Positions 1-11,424 of a stretch of 64,000 bases of DNA are shown piece after piece. Each line of letters opens with the position of its first letter. Position 1 is the stretch's first letter. The DNA comes from a virus. Its lineage: Duplodnaviria > Caudoviricetes. Below the pieces are notes generated by a model. It saw nothing but the letters and a program-made list of their open reading frames with translations, did not search any database and had not been told where the DNA came from. Location of the stretch: the IMG/VR virus record IMGVR_UViG_3300014204_000125, positions 1-64,000 of that record. The stretch is one strand, 5' to 3'. Made by a program: the position numbers and the translations under genes.

Positions 1-2765
1 CTTGAGTTATTGGCATTAAACAAAACCCATGAACCATAATTAACCGTTTTATTGGCTCTGTATAGGGTGCAACAATCATAGTCAGCAGATACCATCTTAA
101 ATTTGCCATTAACATACAGCTTATAAGTCGCGCCAGCTAAATCGGTTGCGCCGAGGGTGACGCCACCGTGCAGTTGACTGATTATAACGCTGGCTCCAAC
201 ACCAGCAGTAGCACTGTAAAAAACCAAGTCAGAGTTTGTGTCTCTAAAAAACCACCATTTTTGAGTACCTGCCGCCGCAAATGTGATACCACAATTTTTA
301 TTAGCAGGGGCGTCACTCATAATATACACATGTTCTGTGCTGTAAACTTTAAAAGGGTAATTTAAGGCTCCGCCATCTATATATAGTTTGGATGTGGTAG
401 AGGCAAGATCAGACGCCCCTAACGTCAAATTGCCCGATGGGTTCCAATTCGCTACAACTGCGTTTGCAACAGTACCAAAAATATTAAGCTGATTTGTTGT
501 AGTATGCCTGTAAAAATACCATTTGGCAGTACCAGCAGAACTGAATTGCACTCCCGCATCTGCATTGTCAGGGCTGTCTACTTCTATGTAACCTAAGCCA
601 GAACTATATACTTTCAGAGGGCGAATGTAGGTGCTGTTGATGTACAGCGTGTTAGTAGAGCCAGCTAAATCAGAAACAGAACCACAAGTTAAGCCACCGA
701 CAATAGCCTGATTCCCTGTATCTCCCCATACATATTGAATATAACCACCGGCATTTGAATTTAATCCATAACTGTAAATACTTAAAATATTATTGGTATC
801 TACCCAATTATAATGCCATTCGTGATTTGCGGTTGAGTTTAAAATTCTTTGAGTACAAATGCCTGATGCACTTGTCTGCAAACTCAAAGTAGGTCGGCTT
901 CCATAAATATTGAATTGTGAGTTTGCCCACCCTGTATTTGCGATAGCAGTAGAGCCAACCGTCATATCTCCATTCACTACAAGTTTATTTGTCGCCCCAG
1001 CTAAATCGGATGCGCCGAGCGTCCAGTTGCCGGACTTATTTGAGCGCAAAATAGGGGTACTTGTAGCACCATCGAAAGTTACAAACCAAAACTGCCCTGA
1101 TGTTGCGGCGGCATTCGATGAATTTACAAGGAAATGCAATAAACCTTCGCCAGTAGGATAATCTTTTTGATAGAATTGGATTCTTGCGCCAGTCGAGGCA
1201 TGACCAAAATTAAAATAATTACCAGCGGAATTTGCATACAGGTACATTGTTTTAGTGGATACGCATGATATATTCCCTGTAATATTTATATCAGCGAAAA
1301 CAGCGTTACCGGCATTATCGACATTATATGTAGTGTTATTAGCAAAGTATAAAATCCCATTCATTGTAAGGTTGCCGGTAATAGTGGAGTTGGTATCATT
1401 CCTCACAAATTGAGTGCCATGCAACCCATCAACATAATCCGAATTGAGGTTAGCATTAACAACTTTTGATGTAACGATAAGAGGTGAGTCGCCACCATCC
1501 GCCAGAGACAGAGTAAGCCGCCCTGCGTAACTACCCGCTAGGAATGTTGAATTACCGCTGGAGTCTACGTTATAAACTGTGCCGTTGGCGAAATTGGTTT
1601 GGCCCACTACGCTCAGTGCGCCATCTATTGTCGTTGCGTTATATATGGTGAAGGATGATTGTGTATAACCAGAGGAGCCAGAGAACCCAATAAATCCCTG
1701 ACCATAGGTTGTCGCTCTGCTCTTGGCGGGTTCGGTCGGACTATACTGTTTTACCTCAAGCCCAACTATTTTAGTATTAGTCGTGATGCCTTTGAAGAAT
1801 AATTTGATACCTGTTGCGGCTCCATCATAGGACGGGTTCATATACATAAGACCCTGAAGTATATTCGCATTTATACTCGTCGAATCGACGTTGGTTATAC
1901 TGCCATAAAAACAAGAGGGATAAGTGCTTCCGCTGCCAACATTTGTTTGAGTTACGCTGATTATGCCTCCGTCAGCGGAACCAGTAAAATTAGTCGGAGC
2001 GGTAAATGTTACTCCCGCTGATGTAGCGTATAAAGGCGCGGTGTCGTAACTCGTTCCCCCGATATACACGACAGGGAACCACGCGCCCCAGACGTTATGC
2101 GAGAGGTATCCAATTTTAACCTCTTGGACACCGCTGTTCCACACGCCAAAGCCAGCCGGAGTCATCTTGGCATAATAAGCATTACCATCGTCACCCGTAC
2201 AAAGCATCTTCAAACCAGTCTTGTCCATGAAGACTATGTTGGCGGGGTCATCGCTCGATGCAATTGTGATTTCTTTCGAGAGCCTTAAAGTCTGGCCGTA
2301 GAATTCATCCGCGAGGGACACGACTTCGGGTTTGATTTCGGAGAGATTTAATGTGTCTCCTGTGCATTGATCTTTGACTGCAACTATCTTGACCGAGTTC
2401 ATAAGCCATCTTTTGCCATCAGTCTTCAATGCGCTTGTTATAACTACCTTGTGCGTATCGGCAACTTCAGGTGTTGCGCCAGCGCCTATAACAGTTGTGG
2501 CGAACCATTTAGCCGCAGCTTCGGCAGCGCTCGCGTATTCAACAACTACTCCGGTTGAGTGAGTTGCGTCCGAGCCAATATAAACATTGTCGGTCGAGAA
2601 TTTATCTTTCGAAACTACGAGATAGAAGGCGTAGGTATTATCGGCTTCCGCGATCACGGGGAACTGCAATAAGACTCGCTGAATCCATTCTTGTTTCTGA
2701 AGATTTATCTGATAAAAGAAATCTGTATCGTTCGTAATGCTCGGTATCGAAATATATTGTGACAT
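1..2765 (-). CDS. Tail fibre / receptor-binding protein, 3'-truncated by window edge (>920 aa)
   Basis: Not in the ORF track because there is no stop inside the window. Hand translation from ATG 2765 (AAGGAG RBS) gives MSQYISIPSITNDTDF..., open to position 1. Contains fibre-type motif NLNSDYVDGLHGTQFVRND and four LGASDLAG-like repeats. Follows the baseplate genes. Confidence 0.8.
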   Translation of the reverse strand, partial: MSQYISIPSITNDTDFFYQINLQKQEWIQRVLLQFPVIAEADNTYAFYLVVSKDKFSTDNVYIGSDATHSTGVVVEYASAAEAAAKWFATTVIGAGATPEVADTHKVVITSALKTDGKRWLMNSVKIVAVKDQCTGDTLNLSEIKPEVVSLADEFYGQTLRLSKEITIASSDDPANIVFMDKTGLKMLCTGDDGNAYYAKMTPAGFGVWNSGVQEVKIGYLSHNVWGAWFPVVYIGGTSYDTAPLYATSAGVTFTAPTNFTGSADGGIISVTQTNVGSGSTYPSCFYGSITNVDSTSINANILQGLMYMNPSYDGAATGIKLFFKGITTNTKIVGLEVKQYSPTEPAKSRATTYGQGFIGFSGSSGYTQSSFTIYNATTIDGALSVVGQTNFANGTVYNVDSSGNSTFLAGSYAGRLTLSLADGGDSPLIVTSKVVNANLNSDYVDGLHGTQFVRNDTNSTITGNLTMNGILYFANNTTYNVDNAGNAVFADINITGNISCVSTKTMYLYANSAGNYFNFGHASTGARIQFYQKDYPTGEGLLHFLVNSSNAAATSGQFWFVTFDGATSTPILRSNKSGNWTLGASDLAGATNKLVVNGDMTVGSTAIANTGWANSQFNIYGSRPTLSLQTSASGICTQRILNSTANHEWHYNWVDTNNILSIYSYGLNSNAGGYIQYVWGDTGNQAIVGGLTCGSVSDLAGSTNTLYINSTYIRPLKVYSSGLGYIEVDSPDNADAGVQFSSAGTAKWYFYRHTTTNQLNIFGTVANAVVANWNPSGNLTLGASDLASTTSKLYIDGGALNYPFKVYSTEHVYIMSDAPANKNCGITFAAAGTQKWWFFRDTNSDLVFYSATAGVGASVIISQLHGGVTLGATDLAGATYKLYVNGKFKMVSADYDCCTLYRANKTVNYGSWVLFNANNS
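110..1035 (-). repeat. Four degenerate intragenic repeats (TLGA[S/T]DLAGxTxKLxVxG) in the tail fibre
   Basis: Copies near 975-1035, 645-695, 380-435 and 110-165. DNA core ccagctaaatc at 133, 661 and 997. Confidence 0.8.
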
Positions 2766-2777
2766 TTTTGACTCCTT

Positions 2778-5700
2778 TTAGTCTTTGAAATCTCCGTCTA
2801 CAAGGTTTAAGAAGAGGGGGTTATCCGCTTGTGTTTGTATCCCGGAACCAGAGTTTACCCAGACTTCAAATCTCATCGGGTTATCCCCCATGTTGACAAA
2901 CTCTACTTTTATGGGTTCCGCGTTGGCTACGCCGGAGTTAGTTGAGAGCTTTCCCCATCTGTTCTGGGTCAGAACTTCAATATAATTCGTAACACTCGCC
3001 TGAACCCTCTCACTTGCGTTCATTGAGCGGAAGAATGAGTTCGTCGTGATGCCTGAGTATGTTGACCATGCGCCTGCACCAATCTTGGTTCGAACCGAGT
3101 AACCCCAGATATCATCGGTTGCTAAATGGTTCTCGTCGGTCGTGACTTCGTCCCATGCAAACTGAACGCCATTCAATTCGCTCGATGTCGATATGGTTCC
3201 GACTGCGTGTGGTTTAACATTTACTGCGGTAACGGTCGCGGCGGCGTTTGAATAGTTATCCGCATAGTCGAATGCTTTTGCGAAGTATGTCACATTTCCG
3301 CTATTCGTCGGGGTTGTTGTGAACTCATTCATTTCGCCTTTGTAAACATATCCGGGGGTTCCCCAATCCGCGTCTGTGGGTCTAATTTCGTATCCCGCCA
3401 CGCCAGAGTTATCATCGGTCGCGACGCCCCATGTCCATCTAATTTTAGTCTGAAACAGTGCGGCGAATGTCGGCACCGTTATTGGCGGAATTGAATCGTA
3501 TTTGAAGGAAAAAGGAGCCACAGCTTCGTTGCCTGCATTGTCTATTGCTTTGATTTGAACCGTCTGGCCGCTCTGTACTGCCGGATTAAGCGTAACGCTC
3601 TGGGGGCTCGTTGCTGTCGCCCAAGCGCCACCGTTCAGTGAATACTGATACCCCGCCACGAGGCTTCCCCCGATATCGGTTGCACTGAAAGTTACATCTA
3701 CCCCGCTATTGTGGGTGTATCCGTATTGGTTAATATTCGATACGGCTGATATGCCGAGAACGGGCGGTGTGATATCTATCCAAACCGAATTACTCGCACT
3801 TGATAAATCTCCTTCTACCCCGTTTCGTTTAACTTGTCTTGCCTTGAAATTAACTTGAGTCGCAATATCAGCGGGGAAGGTGTATTTGAGATAACGATCT
3901 TTCGTGGCTTGCATGTAAGTATCCACGCTGCCCGAATTAACATACCACCAATACTCTTTGAAGTTATCGGTCTGGGTCGGGCTTGAAGTCGAGACATAAA
4001 CGCTGCGTCCGTCCTTGTAGCACACAGGGGTTGTCGGCGCGTCGGGGGTCACGATATCGACTTCTATCCATTTAGGTTCAGTGAAACTGTAATTACCCGC
4101 GAGATCGATGGACTTAAAAGTTAAAGAATGGACTCCCTGTGTTATGCCTGACTCGATGTAATTGCCCGTCCTTGAGTGGGGGTCGCTCGTATCGTATGTT
4201 ATGCCGGAGTTTGTGAAGGGTGTACCTAAATGGGCATCCAGCGATGCGAGGAGGCTATTATCATCGAGCCCCGCGCCCGCATCTGTCATTCCGAAATCCA
4301 CCCTGATCGCGGATGTGCTTCCGCCGCCCACCCCGAGAAGTCTGTCTGCGGTTATATCGGAGGTATAATCTGATATCAGGAAAGCGGGTGCAATACTGTC
4401 GATTAAGACTGCATTCGATAGCACGGCGCCGGGCGAATTCAAAGCCGCGTCATGCAGTTTGGTTGCTATAATTTTGGTGTCGATGTAACCGTTCGCGGGA
4501 ATGGTTTCCGAGAACGCAACTGCGGAATGGGAGTCAAGGTACGACCAACTTCCGCTATTTGTTCTGTAATACAGATCGAAAGTTTTGAAGTGTTCGGGCA
4601 AGGTTCCGTAATTGACCTGGACCCCGAGGGTGTCTTTCGATATCTGGGTCAGCACTATCGAGTCCGGGTCTGCGGCTTGTACGGTATCCACTTCGAATAC
4701 CTTCGAGTTTACGCCCGCGTTCGCCGCGCTATCGAGGGCTCTTATTTCGTAATTCCAAGTCGAGGTCGTGAGCCCTGAAAATATAAAGTATCCGCTATTT
4801 ATTCCACCCGAGAGTCCGGTAGTTTTCTGCCAATCCCCGGCGGCGTCTCCCGCTTTTGTGACTCTGCCCCAAACCTCAGAGAGATTGCTCGTCTCGTCAG
4901 TTGTCATCCAATTTACGCGAAGCGTTGCAGAGTTTATGATTGCGTAAGGCAGAAGTGCGGGAACTGTCGTTGTAGTATCGATGCTCGGGCCTACTGCGTC
5001 AACCGTGACTCCCGAGAAAACTACTGAGTCGGCGCCAGCGGTTTCGCGATAGTCAACGGGGCGAAGTTTGAAGTAATAACTCTTCGGCACCGCAGAGAGT
5101 TGACTTCCATCTGGCATTTTGTTTATTACGATTTGACTTGCTCTCCCGCGCCATGTCAACTGAGAGTCATCGGGAGTATTAAGATCGGCTGCGCTTACGT
5201 CTGAAATATAGAGCTTATACTCTTTCAAACGGGTTGCTGTTGTTCCCGACCACTGAAGATTTAATTTCTGTTTATCTCCGGTCGCGATGCAATCCGTAGG
5301 CTGTTTCAGAGTACCTTCTATTGTAATTGCAATAGGAGTATAGTCGGGGGAGTAATAATATTCTTCCATGTCTTTTTGACCGTAGAAATTCCAAAGTCCT
5401 TTGAACATCGGGGTCCTTTCTCGGTCGGCGATTGCTTTGACGCCATAATAATATGTCGTATCATCGTCCGGCGCTGTATCCTCGGGCGCATTAACCCAAA
5501 CACCATATAAGAAGGCGCTCGGGTTTTTTGTATTGCGGAAAACAGATATGCCGCTATTCCATGACTCCCCAGAATTTGTTCCGAAATATTTGGCCTCAAT
5601 TCCCATTACCTTACCGTAATACGAGGGATTATTCTGAAAATATTCTCTTGTGTTTTCGTATAACTGCCCCCACCTTAAATTTACCGTATTCGTAGAGCCT

Positions 5701-7256
5701 ATAAAAGTTCCGATAAGCCCCGAAAGAGTCGGAGGCACTGGGTTATAAGTAAATGACTCTTTTGCAATCAATTTGCTGTATTCAAGCGACTCTGTGGTCA
5801 TATTGCCGACGCCCGCAACTATTCTTAAATAATAGTTATTGGTGTCTCCATATTGAATAGCGGACTCGTAAGGGAAGTCGGTTAAAAGCACTGTGTTATG
5901 CCCGGAAAGGGTAATAACGTCTTTCGGATGCCAGGGCGATATCGTGCCAGCCGGATTCGATTTCCACGGCACATGGCAATACACGATTTGATCATCGCTG
6001 GTACGGCAAAACTCGAGGCGATAATCGGTTAGACTCTTTGCCATTATATCGGCGTCCCAGTCGATCTGAATTGGCATATCAAGATCACTTTTTGTATGGG
6101 TGATAGTGACAACTGGAGAATCAAAAACTGCACTCGTATTTACCTTGTTCGAAAACGAGAAAGAAGAGGCGTTCGCAGAAATGTCGAGGGCCCTTACCCC
6201 ATAGACATATGGCACTCCAAGCGTTATGCCTGAGTCTATAAATTCCGTCGGCCAAGGTTTATCATTATAATCGGCTTCCCCTATTTTAGAGTAATTAGCT
6301 ATTCCTGAGTTTGCAAAACCTCTATATATTTCGTACTTATTGATATCCCAGGCCCCATACGCATTCGGATCGGGTCGGCGCCAGGAAACACTAATAAGAT
6401 CCGCTATGTTTGTCGAAATATCAACTGCTCTGACATTCCTAACCGGGTTCGGCGCCGTGTAATCGCCGGCTGTAAAATGGGCTTCATCAGAATCCTCGGA
6501 GACGTTATTCGCGTGGTCGAAGGCTTGCATCTTCAGGGAATACCTTTTCCCGCGCACTAGCCCTTTTATCGGGGCATACCATTTCTGGGATGTATGCAGG
6601 CTCAATCCGCTTTTTAACACCAGAGTTTCCGCATACGCAGTGTCCGCGAGTTCAAAGGGTTTCGTATAAACCTTCATGTACGCGAAGTCGGGATCTTCAT
6701 TCTGTACGTATTCGAGAAGCCCGTGACAGGCATCCCCGAATGAATCTGTACGAACCCCATCGGTTACAACCACAGGGGTTACAGGTTTGTTCGGGATCGT
6801 ATTATCACGCGCGGAAATCGCGAATTGTTCCGATATATTTGAGTTTCCATTCGCATCCACGACTTGAACGTAATAAGAAACAACCTCGGTGGAACTTACT
6901 CCGTAATCTTCGTAATAAAGGGTTTCGCCTCTAGGGATCGTTGCTATTATAGTGCGGCCGCGATATATTACATATTTCTGTCCAAGCCCTTCATAATAAT
7001 GGCCGAGTTCATCGTGATCCACGGGGGTTATCGATATTGCAATCCTGGGCACCCCGTCGTTTGACTTCCTCGTATATTCAACAGATGGCGCAGCGGGGCG
7101 CACCATTTGGTTGAAGCGAGTCTCCTCTTTCCCAATAAAAGAAGGAGAGGATAGCCCATCAATTTCAGAGAGGAGGGGGCCATTCAAACCTTTGTTCTTT
7201 GAGCCCTGTATTTTATTTGATATCTGATTGTCTATTATTTGGGGTAGATTCGGCAT
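2778..7256 (-). CDS. Large tail-tip/central fibre protein with FN3/Ig-like repeats
   Basis: 1492 aa; repeated Y.V.A.D..GN and D.TPP beta-sandwich signatures; distal tail position. Confidence 0.75.
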   Translation of the reverse strand: MPNLPQIIDNQISNKIQGSKNKGLNGPLLSEIDGLSSPSFIGKEETRFNQMVRPAAPSVEYTRKSNDGVPRIAISITPVDHDELGHYYEGLGQKYVIYRGRTIIATIPRGETLYYEDYGVSSTEVVSYYVQVVDANGNSNISEQFAISARDNTIPNKPVTPVVVTDGVRTDSFGDACHGLLEYVQNEDPDFAYMKVYTKPFELADTAYAETLVLKSGLSLHTSQKWYAPIKGLVRGKRYSLKMQAFDHANNVSEDSDEAHFTAGDYTAPNPVRNVRAVDISTNIADLISVSWRRPDPNAYGAWDINKYEIYRGFANSGIANYSKIGEADYNDKPWPTEFIDSGITLGVPYVYGVRALDISANASSFSFSNKVNTSAVFDSPVVTITHTKSDLDMPIQIDWDADIMAKSLTDYRLEFCRTSDDQIVYCHVPWKSNPAGTISPWHPKDVITLSGHNTVLLTDFPYESAIQYGDTNNYYLRIVAGVGNMTTESLEYSKLIAKESFTYNPVPPTLSGLIGTFIGSTNTVNLRWGQLYENTREYFQNNPSYYGKVMGIEAKYFGTNSGESWNSGISVFRNTKNPSAFLYGVWVNAPEDTAPDDDTTYYYGVKAIADRERTPMFKGLWNFYGQKDMEEYYYSPDYTPIAITIEGTLKQPTDCIATGDKQKLNLQWSGTTATRLKEYKLYISDVSAADLNTPDDSQLTWRGRASQIVINKMPDGSQLSAVPKSYYFKLRPVDYRETAGADSVVFSGVTVDAVGPSIDTTTTVPALLPYAIINSATLRVNWMTTDETSNLSEVWGRVTKAGDAAGDWQKTTGLSGGINSGYFIFSGLTTSTWNYEIRALDSAANAGVNSKVFEVDTVQAADPDSIVLTQISKDTLGVQVNYGTLPEHFKTFDLYYRTNSGSWSYLDSHSAVAFSETIPANGYIDTKIIATKLHDAALNSPGAVLSNAVLIDSIAPAFLISDYTSDITADRLLGVGGGSTSAIRVDFGMTDAGAGLDDNSLLASLDAHLGTPFTNSGITYDTSDPHSRTGNYIESGITQGVHSLTFKSIDLAGNYSFTEPKWIEVDIVTPDAPTTPVCYKDGRSVYVSTSSPTQTDNFKEYWWYVNSGSVDTYMQATKDRYLKYTFPADIATQVNFKARQVKRNGVEGDLSSASNSVWIDITPPVLGISAVSNINQYGYTHNSGVDVTFSATDIGGSLVAGYQYSLNGGAWATATSPQSVTLNPAVQSGQTVQIKAIDNAGNEAVAPFSFKYDSIPPITVPTFAALFQTKIRWTWGVATDDNSGVAGYEIRPTDADWGTPGYVYKGEMNEFTTTPTNSGNVTYFAKAFDYADNYSNAAATVTAVNVKPHAVGTISTSSELNGVQFAWDEVTTDENHLATDDIWGYSVRTKIGAGAWSTYSGITTNSFFRSMNASERVQASVTNYIEVLTQNRWGKLSTNSGVANAEPIKVEFVNMGDNPMRFEVWVNSGSGIQTQADNPLFLNLVDGDFKD

Positions 7257-7268
7257 GGAGCCCTCCTG

Positions 7269-10200
7269 TTAGTTAAATAAGAAATTACGAGTGGTTCTGG
7301 CGTTCGAGGCATCGTCCCGATTAAACACGACTGCGGGGGTGCTTCCGATCGATACCGAAATGCAATCGATCCCGAGGGTGGGGAGATAACTCCTGTCGTA
7401 AACTGTACTCGCATATACGTCTTCATTAAACCCGCCCATATAAATAATGGGGTACATTCTCGCGTCATCGGCTTCGGTCGTGAACGTAGTTATATGGCGC
7501 TCCCAGCCGGCTCCCGGGGTGTATGTTATTCCCGAATTCATTGCGAGTCTCCAGACTCCATTCGTTTTCTGGGTTGCGATCGCGAATTTAGGGTTCCATA
7601 AATTAACGAGCTCTGTGCTTTTCAAGTAAGCCGCGAAGCAGTATTCCGTAGAAGCTTTGACCGGGATGGTGTCATTGCTATATATCAGGAAAGGGGTTCT
7701 CGGGGCGTCCGGTTTCCCGTTACTCGAATTTATTGTGATATCGGTACTGTATTTTACGAAACTCGCCCCGACTTTGACCCCGGGGGTAGTCTTGGCGTCC
7801 TTTGTTAAAACCAGCTCAAGAAATGATTTATTATCAAGCGCGCCGCCCGTGGGGGCATACGTGTAATCCAATCTAACAATCTGTTCCGCAGGGCGTGACA
7901 TTGTCATTCCGTACACGTTAGCCCAACTCGTTAAAAGATTTAACTGGGTGGCCTGAAGATTATTCATATAGAATGGTTTTGTGACAGGGGTCCAGCCTTT
8001 CACGACGATCCCGGAATTATTTATCCAGGAATCCAGAACAAAGGGTTTTCCATAATCCGGATTCGGGATCTTCGTCGGGGTTTCCTCTATCCAGAGCCCA
8101 CCATTATTCACGACATTTTTGCCGGCGCTTTTCGTAATATTTACGACCTCGCCGTTGATTAAAAAAGCATTCTTAATCTGGAGTTGATATTTACCTGAAG
8201 GCACATACTGACCCTGGGTGTCCGTATAGTCCCAATTTATGAACTGGACAAGCGCCGGGGTCGTAATCCATCTCGGGGTGTTCGATGTGGCTCCGTCCGC
8301 GCGCAATGCGTTTACGTCTTTTCCCGTATTATCCTGAGCGCAGCAGTCAAGATAAACCTTATCGTTTACATCCTGAACCACATCATTAATAAGGAGATCG
8401 AGAGGCACGGTCAAGAGATCACCGACATGGCCTTCATCCGGGGTCAAATCGCCCCACTGCATTTCGTAGGTATCCACATCAAGCCCGCTATTAACGAGGC
8501 TCTGGGTATATGTGGTTTCAAGATCAGACGCGCCCTGGGCCGAGGTGATGTTGACCAGACTTATTTTCCGAGTCGTGACTTCGACTTGATAATAACTCGG
8601 GGTGGTCAGATTCAAAGGGGTCCCATCCGGGCTCGCGAGCCAGTTGAATTGTCCCTGTCTGAACCAGATATCAAAAGTATTGTTATAAACATAATTTGTT
8701 TTTGAATTCGTAGGATAGAGATATAGTTTATCGACAAGGGCGCCGAATCTCTCTTCGAAATTAATCCCGCAGTCCCATTTCAATCCATTCTCTCTCTTAT
8801 ATACCCCGGGTTCCATTATCGTCTCTTCGATCGGCCATGCGTAGATTTCATTCCGACTTCCCGTGATTCCTTTGGGATATCTCACCTTCATCGCAACTTT
8901 ACGTTTTACTGGAATCGCAAAATTGAAAACACAGTAATGTTTAATCGAATTTATTACGCCAGTATTTGTAAACCCGGAATAGGACTGCACGAGAGAGTTA
9001 TCAGATTTCTTGAATACGTCCATACTCCAGTCGTAAATACCGGGAGGATATAACCCGGAAGGTATCTCGGGCGGCTTCGTATAAGTCTTCGCCGGCGGGA
9101 CCGAGGACAAAGATAATTTGGTATCATACGCGATCGGGGTTTCCGTGGAAGCCACCCCCTGAACCCAGAGTTCGGTTTCCGCGTACATATCATTTTCAAC
9201 ATCGATCAGAGTTAAGCAATCCCCGATTTGAATATACGGATTTCCTAATATTGACGCGCCGGCCTGTCTCGCATTCTTGCGGTGTGTGTCCAATTCACTC
9301 GCGCTCATCCAGTCATTTGTAGCCTTATCGGACACGTTATCCTTGACGATGAGCATTTCTTTTTTGTACCCGATATAATTATAAGGGATGTCGGCCGTGA
9401 AACCTTCGATCTGACAAACAGATAAATCATAGGGAGTATTGTCCGCAAGTTTTGCGTTTATATAAAGTTTTTTTAACGAATATAAAATAGATCCGCCAAT
9501 AGGTTCCAACCTTAACACAAGTCCCGCATTTGTCAAATCGGATTGGACTACCGTGTGGGTTGCCACAGCAGTTATAACGGCGCCATCGGAGACTCCCGAT
9601 ACTGTAATTACCGTACCGAGAGGAGTATTCCCGCTTAGGTATAATATCAGAGTGCGAATATCCGCCAAAATCTCATAGTTCCCAATAATTACTTTATTCG
9701 TTTGGCTCGTTACAAGCGTCTGGTATTTAGTATATTTCCCGTCCATAAGGGAAGAATTGGCATGGGTTAAAGTATCTAGATTGTTTATAACACATGTCAC
9801 GATACTGGCGCCGCCGTGGATTGAATAATTATCCGCACTCTTGGAAAGCAGCGGACGCTGAGACGCCGGCTTGCCGAGAACAATTACACTATTTCTTATT
9901 TCAGACGAGTTATCGATTACATTGTCCGTCCTCATATCGAGACTTGCATTGAATGTCCCCGAAACAGTTTCCTCGTCTGTATTCAAATAAGAAAACCCGT
10001 TGAAATAACAAGTGGTATGGTCGTTAGGATCCATTGCGACAGCCCAAAGGTAGTCGCCCAAGTACGTTGTAGTATCCGAGTTCAATGCGCTGTAAAGTTC
10101 AACCTCCGCGTATTGATACGGCGATAATTCCGGCACCGCTACGTTCGTGGCTACGACTTTCCAATTTCCGTCCTTATAGACTTGGACATTAACTTCACAC

Positions 10201-11411
10201 GCCTCTGTTTTTGTGGCAAGGGATATAAAGCGCCCTTTTATGACTCTTGCATTTGTCAGAGCCGAAATAGAGGGTACACTATCGCATCCCACCTGGTCCG
10301 AAAGTATCCAATACTTCCAACCCCAGACATGATTTTCCTTCGCTTCGACATCGCTGAAATCGTTATTTCCGCCCACCCATGCGTACTGCCGGCATCCCTT
10401 TATTGTGAGACATCCCGTTTCACTGAAAAACATACGAAGCCCAAACTCTTCGCAAAGCACGATCAGGCAATCCCAAAGAGATTTGCCGTAATCAAACTTA
10501 TATTTAGCCTCATCAAGTTTTTCGGAATCAATGCCTTGGTATATCGTCTTTTCAATCCGGGAGGTTTGTGCGGGAACTGAAGGGTCAGTCACAAAACTCG
10601 GGATGGGTCTGCCCGGGACCATATTCGCAACCGTCGTATCCGATGTGACATAGTCAAATATTGTTTTGCTTTTCATGAATGGGTATGATGTAGCGTGTCC
10701 GAGCCGCATCGTGGCGGAATCGTTGAAACTAATGCTTAACCACTGCGCCAGGACTGGGAACTTCGCTTTTATGCAAATATCCCGAATCGCGTCTTTTAAA
10801 AGCCAGTTATCGTATGCCGGGACATAAAGTCCGAGCAACTGATCATTATACAAATTGTCGGGCTGAACCCTTTCCGAATCAGCCGCGGCATCCCGGTATG
10901 AATTTATATCGGGATATCCGTAGTTCAGAGCGTTCATGAATATTGTTGAGAAATCAACGCAATTTATTACGAGTTCATCGGATTCCGCATTCGGCACGAT
11001 GTCATTCACTACCCCCATAAACCTCTGAAGCACAGACGAGTTCTCCGGGATTATTGTGGATGCGTATCCGAAATAAGCCTTGACAAGATATCCTTTCCCG
11101 ATCGTGTGTGCCGTGACAGGCGCGCCGGCGATCGTGGTTCGCGTTGCGTTTACATAATTGTATTCGTAATAGGAAAGCGGAATATGAATCGCGAGAGTTT
11201 TGGCCTGTCCTATCTGTGTGTTCTCTGTCATTGCGAAAGGGAACACTTTGATCATCGCAGGATACTGGCCCGTAGAATTATACACTCCCACATATTCTTC
11301 AAGGGAGCCCGCATATATTTCAAAGTAATAATGAGAGCGCGCTATTTTCGAATAATTGGTAGTATTCAATCCCAGGGTCGCATCTATTATACTTACGTCT
11401 TTCGGTAACAC
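7269..11411 (-). CDS. Baseplate hub (Tal-like) protein with C-terminal carbohydrate-binding-like domain
   Basis: 1380 aa; follows TMP and Dit-like genes; hub-like segment SLWDCLIVLCEEFGLRMFFSETG; C-terminal IPVKASTEYCFAAYLKS...WERHITTFTT resembles a CBM. Confidence 0.65.
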   Translation of the reverse strand: MLPKDVSIIDATLGLNTTNYSKIARSHYYFEIYAGSLEEYVGVYNSTGQYPAMIKVFPFAMTENTQIGQAKTLAIHIPLSYYEYNYVNATRTTIAGAPVTAHTIGKGYLVKAYFGYASTIIPENSSVLQRFMGVVNDIVPNAESDELVINCVDFSTIFMNALNYGYPDINSYRDAAADSERVQPDNLYNDQLLGLYVPAYDNWLLKDAIRDICIKAKFPVLAQWLSISFNDSATMRLGHATSYPFMKSKTIFDYVTSDTTVANMVPGRPIPSFVTDPSVPAQTSRIEKTIYQGIDSEKLDEAKYKFDYGKSLWDCLIVLCEEFGLRMFFSETGCLTIKGCRQYAWVGGNNDFSDVEAKENHVWGWKYWILSDQVGCDSVPSISALTNARVIKGRFISLATKTEACEVNVQVYKDGNWKVVATNVAVPELSPYQYAEVELYSALNSDTTTYLGDYLWAVAMDPNDHTTCYFNGFSYLNTDEETVSGTFNASLDMRTDNVIDNSSEIRNSVIVLGKPASQRPLLSKSADNYSIHGGASIVTCVINNLDTLTHANSSLMDGKYTKYQTLVTSQTNKVIIGNYEILADIRTLILYLSGNTPLGTVITVSGVSDGAVITAVATHTVVQSDLTNAGLVLRLEPIGGSILYSLKKLYINAKLADNTPYDLSVCQIEGFTADIPYNYIGYKKEMLIVKDNVSDKATNDWMSASELDTHRKNARQAGASILGNPYIQIGDCLTLIDVENDMYAETELWVQGVASTETPIAYDTKLSLSSVPPAKTYTKPPEIPSGLYPPGIYDWSMDVFKKSDNSLVQSYSGFTNTGVINSIKHYCVFNFAIPVKRKVAMKVRYPKGITGSRNEIYAWPIEETIMEPGVYKRENGLKWDCGINFEERFGALVDKLYLYPTNSKTNYVYNNTFDIWFRQGQFNWLASPDGTPLNLTTPSYYQVEVTTRKISLVNITSAQGASDLETTYTQSLVNSGLDVDTYEMQWGDLTPDEGHVGDLLTVPLDLLINDVVQDVNDKVYLDCCAQDNTGKDVNALRADGATSNTPRWITTPALVQFINWDYTDTQGQYVPSGKYQLQIKNAFLINGEVVNITKSAGKNVVNNGGLWIEETPTKIPNPDYGKPFVLDSWINNSGIVVKGWTPVTKPFYMNNLQATQLNLLTSWANVYGMTMSRPAEQIVRLDYTYAPTGGALDNKSFLELVLTKDAKTTPGVKVGASFVKYSTDITINSSNGKPDAPRTPFLIYSNDTIPVKASTEYCFAAYLKSTELVNLWNPKFAIATQKTNGVWRLAMNSGITYTPGAGWERHITTFTTEADDARMYPIIYMGGFNEDVYASTVYDRSYLPTLGIDCISVSIGSTPAVVFNRDDASNARTTRNFLFN

Positions 11412-11424
11412 CTTTTCGCTCCTT

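Noticed and set aside
110-1035. CRISPR array or DGR
   Set aside because: The repeats are degenerate, in frame and about 300 nt apart. No cas or reverse transcriptase gene and no TR/VR pair are in the window.
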